In this document: positions 13,755 to 27,878 of the stretch, piece by piece
Layout: each line of letters begins with the position of its first letter
Numbering within the stretch: position 1 is the first letter of the stretch
Origin: Octopus sinensis
Lineage: Eukaryota
NCBI RefSeq assembly: GCF_006345805.1
Contig: NC_043012.1
Span: 45,818,001-45,882,000, forward strand
Length of the DNA stretch: 64,000 bases
Direction of reading: 5' to 3'
Program-made: the position numbers and the translations under genes
Notes under the pieces: model-generated
What the model was told of the DNA's origin: nothing
The model's input: only the letters and a program-made list of their open reading frames with translations
Database searches by the model: none

Positions 13755-15839
13755 AAATATACAACCACCAAAGGCGAAACGACACATCATGTAAAAAGAA
13801 AGTCTTAGATATGATTTCACTGGGACAGAGTAGATACTGCATCCCGATGCATATTGTTTGAAGAGCATATCTAACGCAAAATGACAGAAGCAGAGGAATG
13901 GTTAAGATCGGAACGTATTTGTTCTGTCTTACATGTGATGAGTGGCGAAGAAATCACCACGTAACTACTCTTTTTATCCTAAGAATACTGCCTCGCCAAC
14001 TATAAATAATATTAAGCACGTTTAACCAATTCATTCACCTGAATAACGGTGCTCTGGCATTCAAATTTTATGTTATATTATTCGCATTTCCATTATTTCT
14101 AAAGGATCCATTAACTGTATTAATTTAACTTGATTTACAAGGGCAAAAACCACATGAGAATAATACTTTCCCATGAGATTAAAAGATAAATATCATTTCC
14201 GTTTCTTTGATGATTCTGGTTTGAAGATATAAGAAGAAATAATTATTTTAATTAATATTTTAATAGAGTAGGCATGGTCAATTATTAAGCAATTTATTTT
14301 CCCTGAAATTTAGCTGGCAGTTTCAAGGATTTCATTTGTCGTACATAGACGTCATTTTAAATGACTAGCATAATTCACTAGAATACTTTGAAAATATTTT
14401 GTTGATAAAATTTAGCAATTTATTTTTCCATGTAGTTGAACATTGAATATAAATTCCTACTTGTTAAAAACAAACACTTTCGCTATCTTTCCTTAAGTTG
14501 ACGAAATAATGATTTAAATTCCTAATATGCTGCAGGACATCTTAATTGCATTAGTTTGATTTTCGTTCTATTATTGCACGTACATATGTTGGACTGCGAG
14601 GAATATGCATTCAGTTACACTTTTAAAAAAGACTGATTAAAGAGGTAAATTAGCTTTCTCTGAATTAGACACAGCTATTTGGTGCTTTGAAAATTACTTA
14701 ATGGTGCTTACTTTTTATCATCTATAAGCTATATCGTCTGAATCCCACCCGCAAAAAGAAGCGCGTACACGCACAACAAAATGAGAATATGAGAAGCATG
14801 TAAATTTCGAAGGTAAGTTGAGTTCAAGCTTTTGATAATATGTAAATAAATTTCATGTATGGATGCCTGTATGTGTGTATACTTATATAATTAAGAGGCT
14901 TAGATTACATACATCCTGAAACATTCATACGCCTACGGGAATTTCTCCGTTGACAGAAAAAGATCTTCGTCACACAAAACATTTCTAGAAATGATGTTCG
15001 TTAATAAAAATGCTACATATTATATCATCAGCTGAAGTTTGCAGATTCTTAACATATAAAACTTGAAACGAAACCACAACCAATAAACAAAATGACTTCG
15101 TAAATCCGCTAGGTTCATTCCAAATTAAATTAGAAAATGTTACCATTCATCATCAAAATAAGTGAATAAGTGCAATTCACTAGGTTTATATTAGAATAAC
15201 GAAACATTCAACGAAATACAGTTATCTGCAATATTATACCAGACAAGCTTGGCATAACCACTTTATTGGAATATATGTTTAATTCAGGTAGAGGGACCAC
15301 AATAAGTATGAGTGGCCGTTATTGTTGCTATTTTTGTTGCTGAACTCAACAACAACAATAATACTAAGGCTCCCCCATAGGGTAGTGTGTGATTGGTGGA
15401 TAGGACTGGTTCTCAGTAATTACGCAAGTCGTATAATTATAGAAAAATAGTCCAGTTCAGTCAGATGTCACGAGAAGTTTAACGGCTATATTATTCTAAA
15501 ATACGTAGAACCAGAATGTCATTTAATAATCTGAATGTGATTGTGTTTGTGTCGGTTGGTACTGATACGGAACACTATAACGTTTACAATCAAACTTTGG
15601 CTAGCAAAAGGGCAAATATTTCTCATAATGTCTACACTTCCGTAAGCAATATTCTGTTACATAGACCTCTGTAGGGGTATCAGAAATATCAAACAGCGGA
15701 TAGAAAAAGGCAATTTTTGTTGTAATTTGATTATAATCCAGGATAATACAGCTACAGATCATCTTATTGGTCCTACTAATTCCATAGGCAAGCTGCAAAA
15801 AAAACCTAATTCCTTTCCTTAATACTACTCCGTTCTTTC

Positions 15840-16270
15840 TAGCTACCTCCTATGGTGCACAGGAATGGAGTGTTCTGCATGGTACAGATATCTGGAAGTA
15901 CTCAGCTGATGCCCTGGCATTAGCAAAACAACCAGAGATCATCAGAACGATTGACTTGAGGCGAGATATCGTAATGCATTCCAGTTCATCAAAGCACGTG
16001 ATTTTCAATGAACTCACCGGGCCGTTGGAAAGTAGAATAGAAAACGCACAAGTGTCCAAGAGCTAAAATTGCGGCTGTCCAACAGGCTGAGTCAAGCCAA
16101 CATTCGGGTCAAAGTCGACGTGGTAGAGGTTGAAACTAGAGGTTTTGTGGGTAATTCTGCTTACGATGTAATGAAACAACTCTCAGTATCTAGAAAGAAC
16201 AGGACGAAAGCTCTTAATGAAATAGCAGAGACAGCTGAGAGTTGTTTCGGAATGGATTTGTTCGGGAATG
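15840..16270 (+). mobile_element. Restriction-like-endonuclease LINE 3' fragment (NeSL/HERO-like)
   Basis: LR(P)DIV.HS..SKHVI..ELT.P.ESRIE.A and VEV..RGFVG.SAYD..KQL..KAL.EIAE.AE match the PD-(D/E)xK RLE C-terminus. Confidence 0.7.
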
Positions 16271-16678
16271 AACAAAAACAACCACCAAATAATTTGCAGC
16301 TGATATATTTTAACATTTTCAAGCTAAGGGAAGTAACTCCGAGTGAGTCCATTTTCTTAGTGTTAACGTTTTGCCTCTACCATGACACACACAGCTATTT
16401 ATTATTTAAATATGAGTTGAAAGCTGAGTCAATGTACAGGAGTTCCAAAACAATTAAATCTCAAAGATGTTTAAATGCACAAGTCCTTAAAATCAAGTTG
16501 CTAAAAACTGTCAGCGGAAGGGTGTCCAGCAGTCATGACCTGGATGCGAACCAACCCCACGTTTAGGACCTCAGTGGGTGATTTTCTCCGAAAGCCTTCG
16601 AACCTTCTGCTGTTAAGCTCTCTTGATGATTACTTGCCACAACCACCACACATACACACTCACACAGATAGCGCTTAT

Positions 16679-16735
<57 letters not shown>

Positions 16736-16789
16736 ATGTATATATATATATATTATATATATATATTATATATATATATACATATACAT

Positions 16790-16843
<54 letters not shown>

Positions 16844-17799
16844 TATATGTATGTATACTTTAAGCAGCGTATAATTTAATATTTCTTGGGCGGATAGGAT
16901 GCATCCATCTCATCAGAGATCAGAAGGCGTCTACGCACACAGGAAGTCCTATGACGTCCAATTGAATCAAAAATATAACATCTACTTCATGTGTTGAGTG
17001 CCACTTTTTTTTCCACTAATTTGTGTATGTGTGTATGTGCGTGTGTGTATGAGTGTGTGCATGTGTGTGTGTATGTACGTATATATGCAACATACAGACA
17101 TGATTATCCCAGTAATCTTAGATACGTTACGGTACCTAATACATTAATCAATAGCCAATGCTGCCGTTAGAATGAAAGCAAAACTTTTTATGAAAGGTGC
17201 TATGAAACAGGTTAGTTATAAATACTGAATACACACAGTAATACTAAATTTACCATTTATATTGTGTGAAAAATGCTTATCACTTTCACAATTTTTTTTA
17301 TGATTTTAAATATTAAAATACTTTTTATGAGTAAAAGTAGAATGATATTTAGACTAAATGTTTGTAAGTGGACACACGAACATATTCAACTGTAATATAT
17401 CGTATAAATCATGTAATAATTAATACTTAGTATAAAAGCATTTTTAAATTCAACTACTATAAAAGCAAATATTTAATAATAGATATCTCATATAGCATAA
17501 AATTGTGAAATTAAATACACATTTGACCATTGCATTCAGTCGATGGCTGGACACGGATTAGTCAAGAAGTACATAGGTACATACATAACTTTGAAGGTTT
17601 TGATTAACGATATATATATTCTGTTTGTACTAATTTGATGGTAGTATAATCAAATAAACAAATACGTTAATTCTCTATATATATATATAACTTTATAAGT
17701 GATAATATATCTGGTACCATAAAAAATATCATACAGGAGGAAAAAGGTATTAAGACCTTTGTTTCTATTTTGCCAAAATATATCACAAGGCAGTAAATT

Positions 17800-17847
17800 G
17801 AAGCCGACCGCGGGTGCAGATCTCGGTAGTAGTAGCAAATATTCGAA
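17800..17847 (+). rRNA. Isolated ~48-bp 28S rRNA fragment (non-functional)
   Basis: gaagccgaccgcgggtgcagatctcggtagtagtagcaaatattcgaa closely matches the conserved eukaryotic LSU segment GGAGCCGCCGCRGGTGCAGATCTTGGTGGTAGTAGCAAATATTCAAA (recalled, not searched). Confidence 0.75.
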
Positions 17848-18801
17848 GTTATACTAATATATACTAAATTTCAAAGTGTATATAAATATATAATTCGTGG
17901 ATCCTTATTCATTTATTTATGTTCCATACTTCAAAAGTCTGGTATTCAATCAATCTTCACGATATAGAAGCCTCACATCAGTAAACATATAGCAATAGGC
18001 AGACCGCTGTTGTATAGTAATATAGGATGCCTCCTCTTTTTATCGCCTCTTTTATCTGTCCTTCACACACAGCTTTGTTTCCATACATCTTATCTTCAGT
18101 CTTAGGCGTCGCTTTTCCCGTTTTCTATCGCAGATTTGTCCCTGCAATACAATATTCACAAAGGTGAGGATATTACGGTGTAATTTTGTATATCTTAACC
18201 GACTTTCTTCATGTGCCGCCCCATAAACAGCAGTTGAAATTTAATTTTATAATACAAAAAAAGAAAAAAAAATTGTTATTCTAATGTTTTTGTTCATACA
18301 AACGGGCTCTGATTTCTCTTAAGACGATGTAACGGTTGCAGTTCAGACTATTGTCCTTAATTTTTGATCCTTCGTCATTCTTTATTGTTCTTTGAAAGTA
18401 TTTAATTTCGGTGGCAAACTCGAGCGTCGCCCTTATAATTTTAAATAGATTGAGTGTTATATCTTCTTCGCTTGTAAATGTGCTTTCCACATGGATACCT
18501 CAACTCTAACTAATAAGTTCAATTTGAATTGTCATTCCGTCTGTGTTTGTTTCGAACCATTATTCAAACTAGACATTCATCATAGAGTATAATCCTTATT
18601 CTTTATTTTCAGCTGAATCGTATAATTGTTATAAATGACGACTCCAATGAAACACCACTTGCAATACACTTTAAAACTCTATATAACTGAGATAACAATA
18701 TCATCTAAATTACATAGCGTAAAACACAGTTATAAATGTAAATCTTATGAGTATCTGATTGTTACGAACATATATATTCAGTTAATAATATGTAGAACAT
18801 T

Positions 18802-19020
18802 AAGGCGACGACTGTGGCAGAATAGTTAACACGCTGGTTAAAATGCTTAGCGGCATTTCGTCCGTTTTTGCGCTCTGAGTTTAAATTTTGCCGAGGTTGA
18901 CTTTGCTTTTCACGTTTACGGAGTGTCCGTAAAATAAGTACCAGCTAAACACTGAGGTCGATGGAATCGACTTAGAAACGTACCGGAATTTGCTGGCGTC
19001 TTGCCAAAATTTGAAACCGG
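18802..19020 (+). mobile_element. SINE family B copy
   Basis: Similar to the 50482 and 58265 copies. Confidence 0.75.
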
Positions 19021-20049
19021 TATTGTGGAGATATCTTTTAATCAGAAAACGTTGATTTTATGACTTGTTGGCAAAATTGCAAAAGGATATGTGTGACGTG
19101 ATGTTTTCACCGTGCATTATTCCTTCTTCATTGTAGATTAATTGGATTTAATGAAGGCATTTTAAAATAGGGCATAACACAGGCAGGGATTAATTTGACC
19201 AGAGGGGAAGTGTCCTTTTACAATTCCATGGCAGACTGTGTTTAGTCATCATCTTCGAAGCAATTTACTTTCAAAATTAGTGATGTCAAGAGAAATATTA
19301 AGTATATAATTAACGAACATCATGGAAATATGAATGGTCTTCATGACTATTCATTTTCAATGTGATTTTTGCTATAAAACATAAAGTTAGATTTCTCTAG
19401 AGATACTAGTAAAGGATGTAAAGGAATACATAATATTATGGACAGTCTCTCCCTCCCAAATATCCAGCCACTAAAAGAAGATATGACAAAAAAATTACTG
19501 AAGCCTTAATTATAGTTTTGGTTATACAGATTAGTAGACAGTTGTTGCAAATACTGAAAGACTGTTATGCGAGCATAATAATAGTTTGGTGCTGGCAGTG
19601 ATTATATTAGAATAATTAATAATTAATAGCGAAATGACAGGTTATTAAAAAAACGCGTTTTCATTTTTCTAGATGACACAAATTTTCAATAGCCATGCAA
19701 ATGGATATAAAATCTCGACAGAAAAATGCATATGGGTACACCTACCATTTATGATTTTAATGGTGTGTACTGATAATACAACTGGTATTTAGAAACAACG
19801 GCACCGATCTAATACCTCTCTTTGTGTTAATGCATTAGGTACATTTGAAGACGTGTATATAAGGTGTAATACCATAAGCCATGAAGCGACTTGGAAAGTG
19901 AAAAATAATCTAGTCCAATACTCTCTTTATATTAGAATATCCCCATAATATCACTCAGGGTTTTCTGAAGATAATTAAATAACTTTTTTTCCCAGGAATC
20001 CATAAATATAATAAACTCTTCAATTATCATAAGGTCAAGGTAAGCCACT

Positions 20050-21600
20050 CATGTTTAGATAATATTCACTCAAAATTCGCATCTTCCAGTAGGTTGGAGC
20101 ATGTGCCACAGTTTTGGGGTACGAATGTTTTAACACATACTGGTTTCGTGGTTGTTGTGTAAAGCTTCGAATCTGTTACAAGTCTTTTCAGCGATTTCTC
20201 TTGCTTTTTCATTTCATTGATTTATGCGATTTTAGAATGTTGCTCATTTTGGAGTTTCTAGTAAGCATAGATAGATTTTGTACAATAGTGCTGCATGCTT
20301 CATTGTTCCTGGGATTGTGAGCTGATATATACAGTAGTATTTTGAGATGGGGGTGTGGTGTTACGCTTTGTTGCTCTTAGCGAATTAATGTCTAGTTTCT
20401 TAGCACGTCTAATTCCACCGTCTATAAGGGTGATGGATATTCTCTTCTCAGTTGATATTGTTCTGAGGTCTCGAAGATGAAGGTCCCGAGCATTTCTACT
20501 AGGTGTTATTCTTCTTATTAAGTTAAAGGGGGTATTTCTTTTGATGTGTTTCGGGTAGCATGAGCTGAACAGGCGATATTGCTTCGAGTCCGTTGGTGTA
20601 TGATAAATGTCTGTTATAATTCGGTTGTTGACTTTTTATCACCATATCTAAGAAAGGGAGCTGTTCCTTGCTATATTTAATTCTAAACTAAATGTTAGGG
20701 TTTATATTATTTACCATTGATTTAAATTCCAAAAGATTATCAATGGTCTCATTCCCAATGATAAAGCCGTCATTTACGTATCTTTACCAGTTCTCTCTTA
20801 TACAATGTTAAAATGGATATCCATATTTTTGCAGTTAAACTTCATATGTCGTAAATTTAAAATAACCCATTATTATGTTTGCAACAACAGGTGCTGTTTT
20901 CGTTCCCATTTTAATTCCGCATTTTTGATGACAGTAGGTATCATCAAATAAGAAATAGTTGCTTTGAAGAATAAATTTGAAAATTTCAATAATAGAATCC
21001 TGGTTTATACGTTCCAGAAGTACTTCGGGATACTATTCCAACCAATTTTATTGCTTCTATTTCATAGTCATGTGTGATTTTGGTGTAAAGATTAATAACA
21101 TCGAAGGAAACCAATATCTCTTCGTTAGTTGCTTTTGGTAAGTGATCAAACATGTCTAGATCGTCTCTAAAAAAACTTTTGATGCATTTTAGCAAGGGTT
21201 TCAGTAGAATGTCAAGAAGATTGCTTAGGAAGTGGGTTTCACGGGCTGGGCCAGCTATAAGAAGTCTTAACTTAGAGTCTATTGGCGCTTGGATGGTTAT
21301 GTGTTTCCCTGGCGGTTGTTTGCAGGCTCCTTTAACTACTTTGCTCTTTTGTATTTTAGGTAGGCCGTAAAGAAGACCAGGTTTACATTTAAAGTTCGTA
21401 TAAACAATCTTTTTCTGTCAGGACTTATCCATGTAGAAGAATTAAAGGATGCCAGATTTTTCTTTTTTTTTTGTTTGTTTTTAGAGTTTACAACTTTTCG
21501 TAGGATGTAGCGTTTTCTAGCATAGATAATACTAGGTTTTTGTAGTATTCTGCGTCTATCAGGACTACAATACTTCCTTTGTCTGCTTTTTTTTTACTTG
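20050..21600 (-). mobile_element. Degraded Penelope-like element RT and linker
   Basis: ILVSFDVINLYT, MGTKTAP, YVNDGFII, LPFLD, PTDSKQY and HNPRN..K.SLKRL..NCGTC occur in PLE order, with stops and frameshifts. Confidence 0.8.
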
Positions 21601-21730
21601 TCAGGCCTTAGTCGTTTTGTAGTTCATATACACCTAGTTGTTACGCTGACTCATTAAAATATATTTTTAATGTTTATATATATATATTTAGGTCGTGATG
21701 AGTATCTATCTTTTAATCTGTGTATGCATG

Positions 21731-21769
<39 letters not shown>

Positions 21770-22329
21770 GTATGTATGTATGTAAGTATGTATGCAGGGT
21801 TTCTCTCCCATTTCACTCCTTCATGTTTTTTAATGCTAATTTTACACCCGTACAAATACAATCAGTTACTTCTTTGTGCTATTATATTTTTAATATTTCT
21901 TTCTTTCAAAACTTTAAACTCCGGCTATTATGGATTTACGTCGAATTCAAGATATTTGGGAAGAAAACATCGAGTACAGCAGAAGGTAGTTGTGCAAAAA
22001 GCGACATAAACGGATTATACTGAGCAGTAAACTTTATTTTAAAACGACTTAATGCGGGGGAAAAATCAAGAAAATTGCATAAAGCTTGCAACGTCTACAA
22101 TATGAACAATAAAACTTGAACTGTTTTAAGAATATATATTGTAATATAATGATATTTATTGTAATGTTTTAAGAATATTTGTAGATAAAATTTGCCTTAA
22201 ATAAATGGTCTTTTTGCTAGTTTTCTTCGAAAATGTCCAGTGGAACCTATTATGATTTTGCATTACGATCAAGGAAGCGTTATACAGTGGATTGCTGTGC
22301 GTATATATATATATGCAGACACACATACA

Positions 22330-22490
22330 CACACACATATGTATATATATATCACCTTGATCACCTTGACCAACCAGTCCGTCAGGCGTCCTTTTACACC
22401 GCTGGTCACAGGACGCTGTCCACTCCTCTCTGGATCGCGCCTTTCTGATCCACGTGATCCCAATCATCTTCCTGAAATCGTAACTCCACC
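22330..22490 (-). mobile_element. Possible RTE-like LINE 3' tip
   Basis: W.RKARSREEW motif followed by a short CAAGGT-type tandem tail. Confidence 0.35.
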
Positions 22491-22503
22491 GATTATATAT
22501 ATC

Positions 22504-22551
<48 letters not shown>

Positions 22552-22560
22552 TATATATAT

Positions 22561-22637
<77 letters not shown>

Positions 22638-22638
<1 letters not shown>

Positions 22639-23040
22639 GGCGCAAGAGTGGCTGTGTGGTAGGTAGCTTGTTTACCAACCACATGGTTCCGGGTTCAGTC
22701 CCACGGCGTGGCACCTTGGGCAAGTGTCTTCTACTATAGCCTCGGCCCGACCAAAGGCTTGTGAGTGGATTTGGTAGACGGAAACTGAAAGAAGCCCGTC
22801 GTATACATCTATATATATGTATGTGCGTGTATGTTTGTTTGTCTGTGTTTGTCCTCCTAGCATTGCTTGACAACCGATACTGGTGTGTTTATGTCCCCGT
22901 CACTTAGCGGTTCGGCAAAAGAGCCCGATAGAATAAGTACTGGGCTTACAAAGAATAAGTCCCGGGTTTGAGTTGCTCAATTAAAGGTGGTGCTCCAGCA
23001 TGGCCACAGTCAAAATGACTGAAACAAGTAAAAAGAGAAA
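22638..23040 (+). mobile_element. tRNA-derived SINE family A (ggagtggctgtgtggtaag type)
   Basis: A-box TGGCTGTGTGG and B-box GGTTCAGTCCC; homologous copies at 35074, 56668, 23215 (-) and 63140 (-). Confidence 0.85.
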
Positions 23041-23214
23041 AAAGATATATATATTTATATATATATATACATGCATGTATATATATATATATAAATATAT
23101 ATTGCATATATGTACACACACATACACACACGTGTGTATATATATGCGTATGTATATATTTATGAATGTACATATCTTTATCTTTAATATTTTATTTCTG
23201 TCAATCATTCAATT

Positions 23215-23490
23215 ATGACTACACTTGGGCACCACCTTAAATTTTCTAAGCCTGGTAATTACTAAATCACTCTTTTTTACCGAACTGATAAGTTACGGGG
23301 CCGTAAGCACGCCAACTCGGTTGTCAAGCTCTTGTGAGTGAGAAACATAGATACAAAGACGCACAGACATATGCGACGGGATTCTTCCCCTCACAAAGTT
23401 TTGGTCGGCACGAGGTAGAAGACACTTGCCAGAGATGCCACACAGCCACGTCGTACGGAAGTATATTTCTTACCACATAACCACGTCTGC
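23215..23490 (-). mobile_element. SINE family A copy, degenerate
   Basis: Reverse-complement similarity to the 22638 copy. Confidence 0.6.
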
Positions 23491-23734
23491 TCCTCTTTGC
23501 ATATAATCACAACATGTCTCACTAAATGTTCAATAATGCCAGGTGTACAACCGTCGAGTGTATTCTTGTAAGCTATATAAAGAGAAAAAGAAAGCAATAC
23601 TTATCATTTTTAACGCAAATGCATTAAAAGACTAACAAATGACTAATATATTTATTGCACATGATAGAAATATTTCCAATTTATCTTTCAGGTTTTCCTG
23701 CACTAAATGCTTTAATATTATTGTAATAATCTAA

Positions 23735-24115
23735 ATCGCCAAGCTGGTAGAATCGTTAGAACACAAGGCAAAATGTTTAGCGGCATCAAATTCCGTCGAG
23801 GTCGACTTGTCCTCTTCTCCCTCCTGTGGTCGATAAAATAAGTGTCAGTCGAGTAAGGGTGTAGTCGACGTAACCGACTTAATAGCATTCACCCAACTTT
23901 GCTGGTCTTCTTCCCAAATTTCGAATTATTATTTTTAACAATCTACGGCGGGCAAAGTGCTTAGCGTCATTTCATCCATTTTTACGCGTGGTCTATTTCG
24001 CCTTTCATCCTCCCTGGATCGATAAAATAAGTATCAGACAAACACTGGGAATAATGTAATTGACTAGCATCTCCCAACACCCAAATTTTAGGCTTTGTAC
24101 CTATAGTAGAAAGAA
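23735..24115 (+). mobile_element. Two adjacent degenerate SINE family B copies
   Basis: Repeated gcttagcg..aaattccgtcgaggtcgact..gataaaataagt modules. Confidence 0.6.
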
Positions 24116-25371
24116 TTATTATTTTTTTAAACCCTCAATGAAGCTCTTTGTATGGTCTTCTATGTGAAAACAAGTGAATTTCGAAACCACATGTATATTC
24201 CTGAAAAGTAGCTTCCGAATTCCAAAACACTGAAACGTGAATAAAAATTTATTTACTGATAGTTAAAACTTCATGTGACATATCAGCCTCCGAAAGGAGA
24301 TACGAACGCACTATTCATCATCCATAGATAACTGATTCTTTCATCATGTCCTGTATTGAAATGCAATAATTCCATTGAAAATTAAGCAAAAAGTGAATTA
24401 TGTCGCCGAGTTCTACTATTAATGTAAAGGCTGTAATCGTTAATGATTTAACATCTCTTATAAATTGCTAATTTGATAAAATAAATTGTTTAAATCCTCA
24501 TGCAGTATTGATTCTATTTAATAACATAAAATAACAACAAAGCATTTATTTTGTTTATTTTATTAAATTATTTACGTATTCATTTACTTAAATGTTTTTC
24601 GTTGTTGTTTATTCTGAAATTCCAAAGAATACATTATGAAAGATTCGATTTGTTATTATGTTTTGTAATCAATTTCCTTCGCTAAATTTAACTAAAAATT
24701 ATTTAATTTGTTTTCATTAGTTTACTCCCTCCATCATTTCGCCTCATCGCACTGCAACACACAGATCTGTTCACCAGCGCAGCAATGCTTTATAACGTAT
24801 GTCAGCAAGCGACGATCAGCACCTACTTAAAGTTTGATTAGATTTCTAACACTAAGCAAAAGCATAGATAAACTTTCTGCTAATATATTAGGAACTTTCT
24901 AAATTCTTTCAAATTAAACATTTCAGATTTACTTAGTGGCGTTCTCCGGATGAAGAACACTTAAAATAATGTAAACTTTCATCCAATGTAATAACTATTT
25001 ACAATTTCTATTGAGTTAAATGAACATATACAAACATATGTAAATATTTTCGAGCAATTCGCTGCACATACACACGTAGAGAAACAGCAATACAAAATGG
25101 AAGCTAGTGAGAGAAATTAATCACAAAAGCAGATATGTGCGGCAGTATTCATTCACTTACTTATACTAGTATGTATACATATGTGTGTATACGTGTGTGC
25201 GTGTATGCATGCGTGTGCATGCATGTGTGTGCGAACGTCTATTTGTAGGTATCTATGCACACATATGTACATGTACATATCTATGTACATACGCCCAGAA
25301 TGATATATACACACCAGAAAATATAAAGGAAGATACTGGAAAATATATTAAGCCAAAGAGTTGAAATATTC

Positions 25372-26149
25372 ATATATATTGTCTCTGTATTTACACACAC
25401 GCACACACACATATATAAATAGGTAAGTAGAGTTAGCGGTTGTAATAACAGTCTAAAGGATAAGAATAGCTGTTCTTACTACCGGTATCATTTACCTATG
25501 TTATCCCTGGCCATGGGATATGCAAGCACTCTATGCTCGTTGGGTACAGGTAATAACAGAATAAATAGAAGTTTATCACGAATCAAGTTTAAATAAGCAG
25601 AAAATGGAGAAAACTTTCAATGAACAGATTAACCAACATCGGTTAATTATATTTTGATACAAAATATAACATGAAATTTCTATTGAAGCGTGTGAAGCCG
25701 CCGCATGCCTCGACCTGCGCGCGACGATACGGTCAGCCTTCCGCATGGGTTGCGGCGCAAATATTAGACAGAGACTGACGCGTACGGGCCGTCGCACCAG
25801 CCGCGGTGCACAGAGTGCGGGTCGCGGCATGCGGCGGCTTCACACCCTTCAATAGAAATGTTATGTTATATTTTGTATCAAAATATAATTAACCGATGTT
25901 GGTTAATCTGTTCATTGAAAGTTTTTTCCATTTTCTGCTTATTTAAGCTTGATTCGTGATAAACTTCTATTTATTCTGTTATTGCCTGTATCCAATGAGC
26001 ATAGTGTGCTTGCATATCCCATGGCCAGGGATAACATAGGTAAATGATACCGGTAGTAAGAACAGATATTCTTTAGACTGTTATTCCAACCGCTAACTCT
26101 ACTTACCTATTTATATATGTGTGTGTGTAAATACAGAGACAATATATAT
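25372..26149. repeat. 778-bp foldback: ~330-bp inverted arms around a 118-bp GC-rich core
   Basis: Hand alignment of 25372-25708 with the reverse complement of 25827-26149 shows 11 substitutions and two small indels. Confidence 0.95.
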
Positions 26150-26180
<31 letters not shown>

Positions 26181-26182
26181 GA

Positions 26183-26700
26183 TGCAGAAAACCGGTCGAG
26201 AAGTTGTTGAGCTTCCTCTACGGATGTGTGCAGTATTGTCTGCAAAATGCAGATCACGGATAATAGCGGTGCGTAGCAGTGATTTGGCTATGAAACGCTG
26301 ATGGTTGTATAGATCACCGCTTGTTAGAGACTGGAATTTAACACCACTTTCCGAGTCACCAAACATATACTTCAGCACCACTGAAAAGAAGAATGCAAAC
26401 AAAAACCGGGGTTATGATACAATCTTGCTTCATACTGTTTCTAGCATCCAAGGAAACTGAAATTTCCCCGCCGGATACGACAGCAGATTTCATTCCCTCG
26501 CAGAAGGAGTTAATAACGTTCATCGTCTTTTCAGGTGCACCAAGATTTTTCAGAACTTTCCCAAGTGCTTGTCAGTTAAAAATGTCGAAACACTCAGTAA
26601 GATCAACGAACACTATGAACAGCTCTTCAAGTTTTCTCACTAACTTCTCAGTGACCGGAATAAGGAAAAAAGAACACAATCGTGATCGTCACGTCAAAAT
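26183..26700 (-). mobile_element. RTE/BovB-like LINE RT fragment
   Basis: LFIVFVDLT.CFD, MKQDCII.P (GVKQGC-like), GDLYN..R..AK and IRDLHFADN (FADD-like). Confidence 0.8.
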
Positions 26701-26945
26701 AATATGAGAAACTTTGATTTTAACCGGCATTTACAGCATAAGGGTGCAACGTAAAAGAGAAATGCGACTGCAAATATACTGCCTGTACTGATCCATTCTC
26801 CTCATACTTGTAACATCGACAATCTTATTTGCAAATCGTTGGCACTGCTCAAATGTCACATTCGACATAAGCCTTATGGCTAACAAAGAAACTGTAGCTT
26901 TTTGGACCCTCATTCGGCGAAACCAACGGGAGAGTCCATTATACA

Positions 26946-27067
<122 letters not shown>

Positions 27068-27835
27068 ACGTGTGTGCCTGTGTGCAGGTTATATATATAG
27101 ATCCCACCTTACAATGAATGAAAATAATGCATGCACATGCACACATACAAGCGCACACATCCACTTGTCATCACATGTATATTTAACTGCTGAGTAGCTA
27201 AATGCATATCGAAACAGAAATCGATGTGGATAGTGAATTTGGCAGTGCATACATTATAATCCAATGTACCGGACAAATGTGGGTAACATGAAATTTTCTT
27301 CAAGACCTGAGGTTCCTGCAAAAGTAACTAAGAAGCTGGGTACACTGTACCTATATTTGGCACAATTACGTCCAGATTAAAATATGATGTGGACTCCGAT
27401 CTCACCTGGTAGATAATATTTTGCGCTTTGATAACCACACAAGTAAATATTATGATATCATGGACACTTGAAGGAGAGTAAAGATTTGTGTGTTTGATTT
27501 CGACAAAGGCATTGGAAAGTTCAGTGGATGGAACTCGCTGCGAGATATTTTTGAATTATGCGTCTCAGAGCAAGGTGGCATTTCTAAAGAGATAATTTTA
27601 TATACATACAAATCATATATATATATGTTGCTGCGTGCTTTGTAATTATAATTTGTCACGTAGTTTAATAATACTAACTGATCCTTGGGTACCTTTACTG
27701 GGGTCGAACCTCTTACGAACCCTTCGGCTTGAGAATAAATTTTCGCGTACCCATCCATCATAGACGTGTTGGCGTGTGCTGTGATCATCGTATTACCAGC
27801 TCGTAGCGCAAATAAATGTTTATACACGCAATCAC

Positions 27836-27876
<41 letters not shown>

Positions 27877-27878
<2 letters not shown>

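Noticed and set aside
14740-18700. Possible + strand exon pair (GAAG|GTAAGT at ~14812, TTTTCAG| at ~18610)
   Set aside because: The joined frames terminate quickly and resemble no known protein; such splice-like motifs occur by chance.
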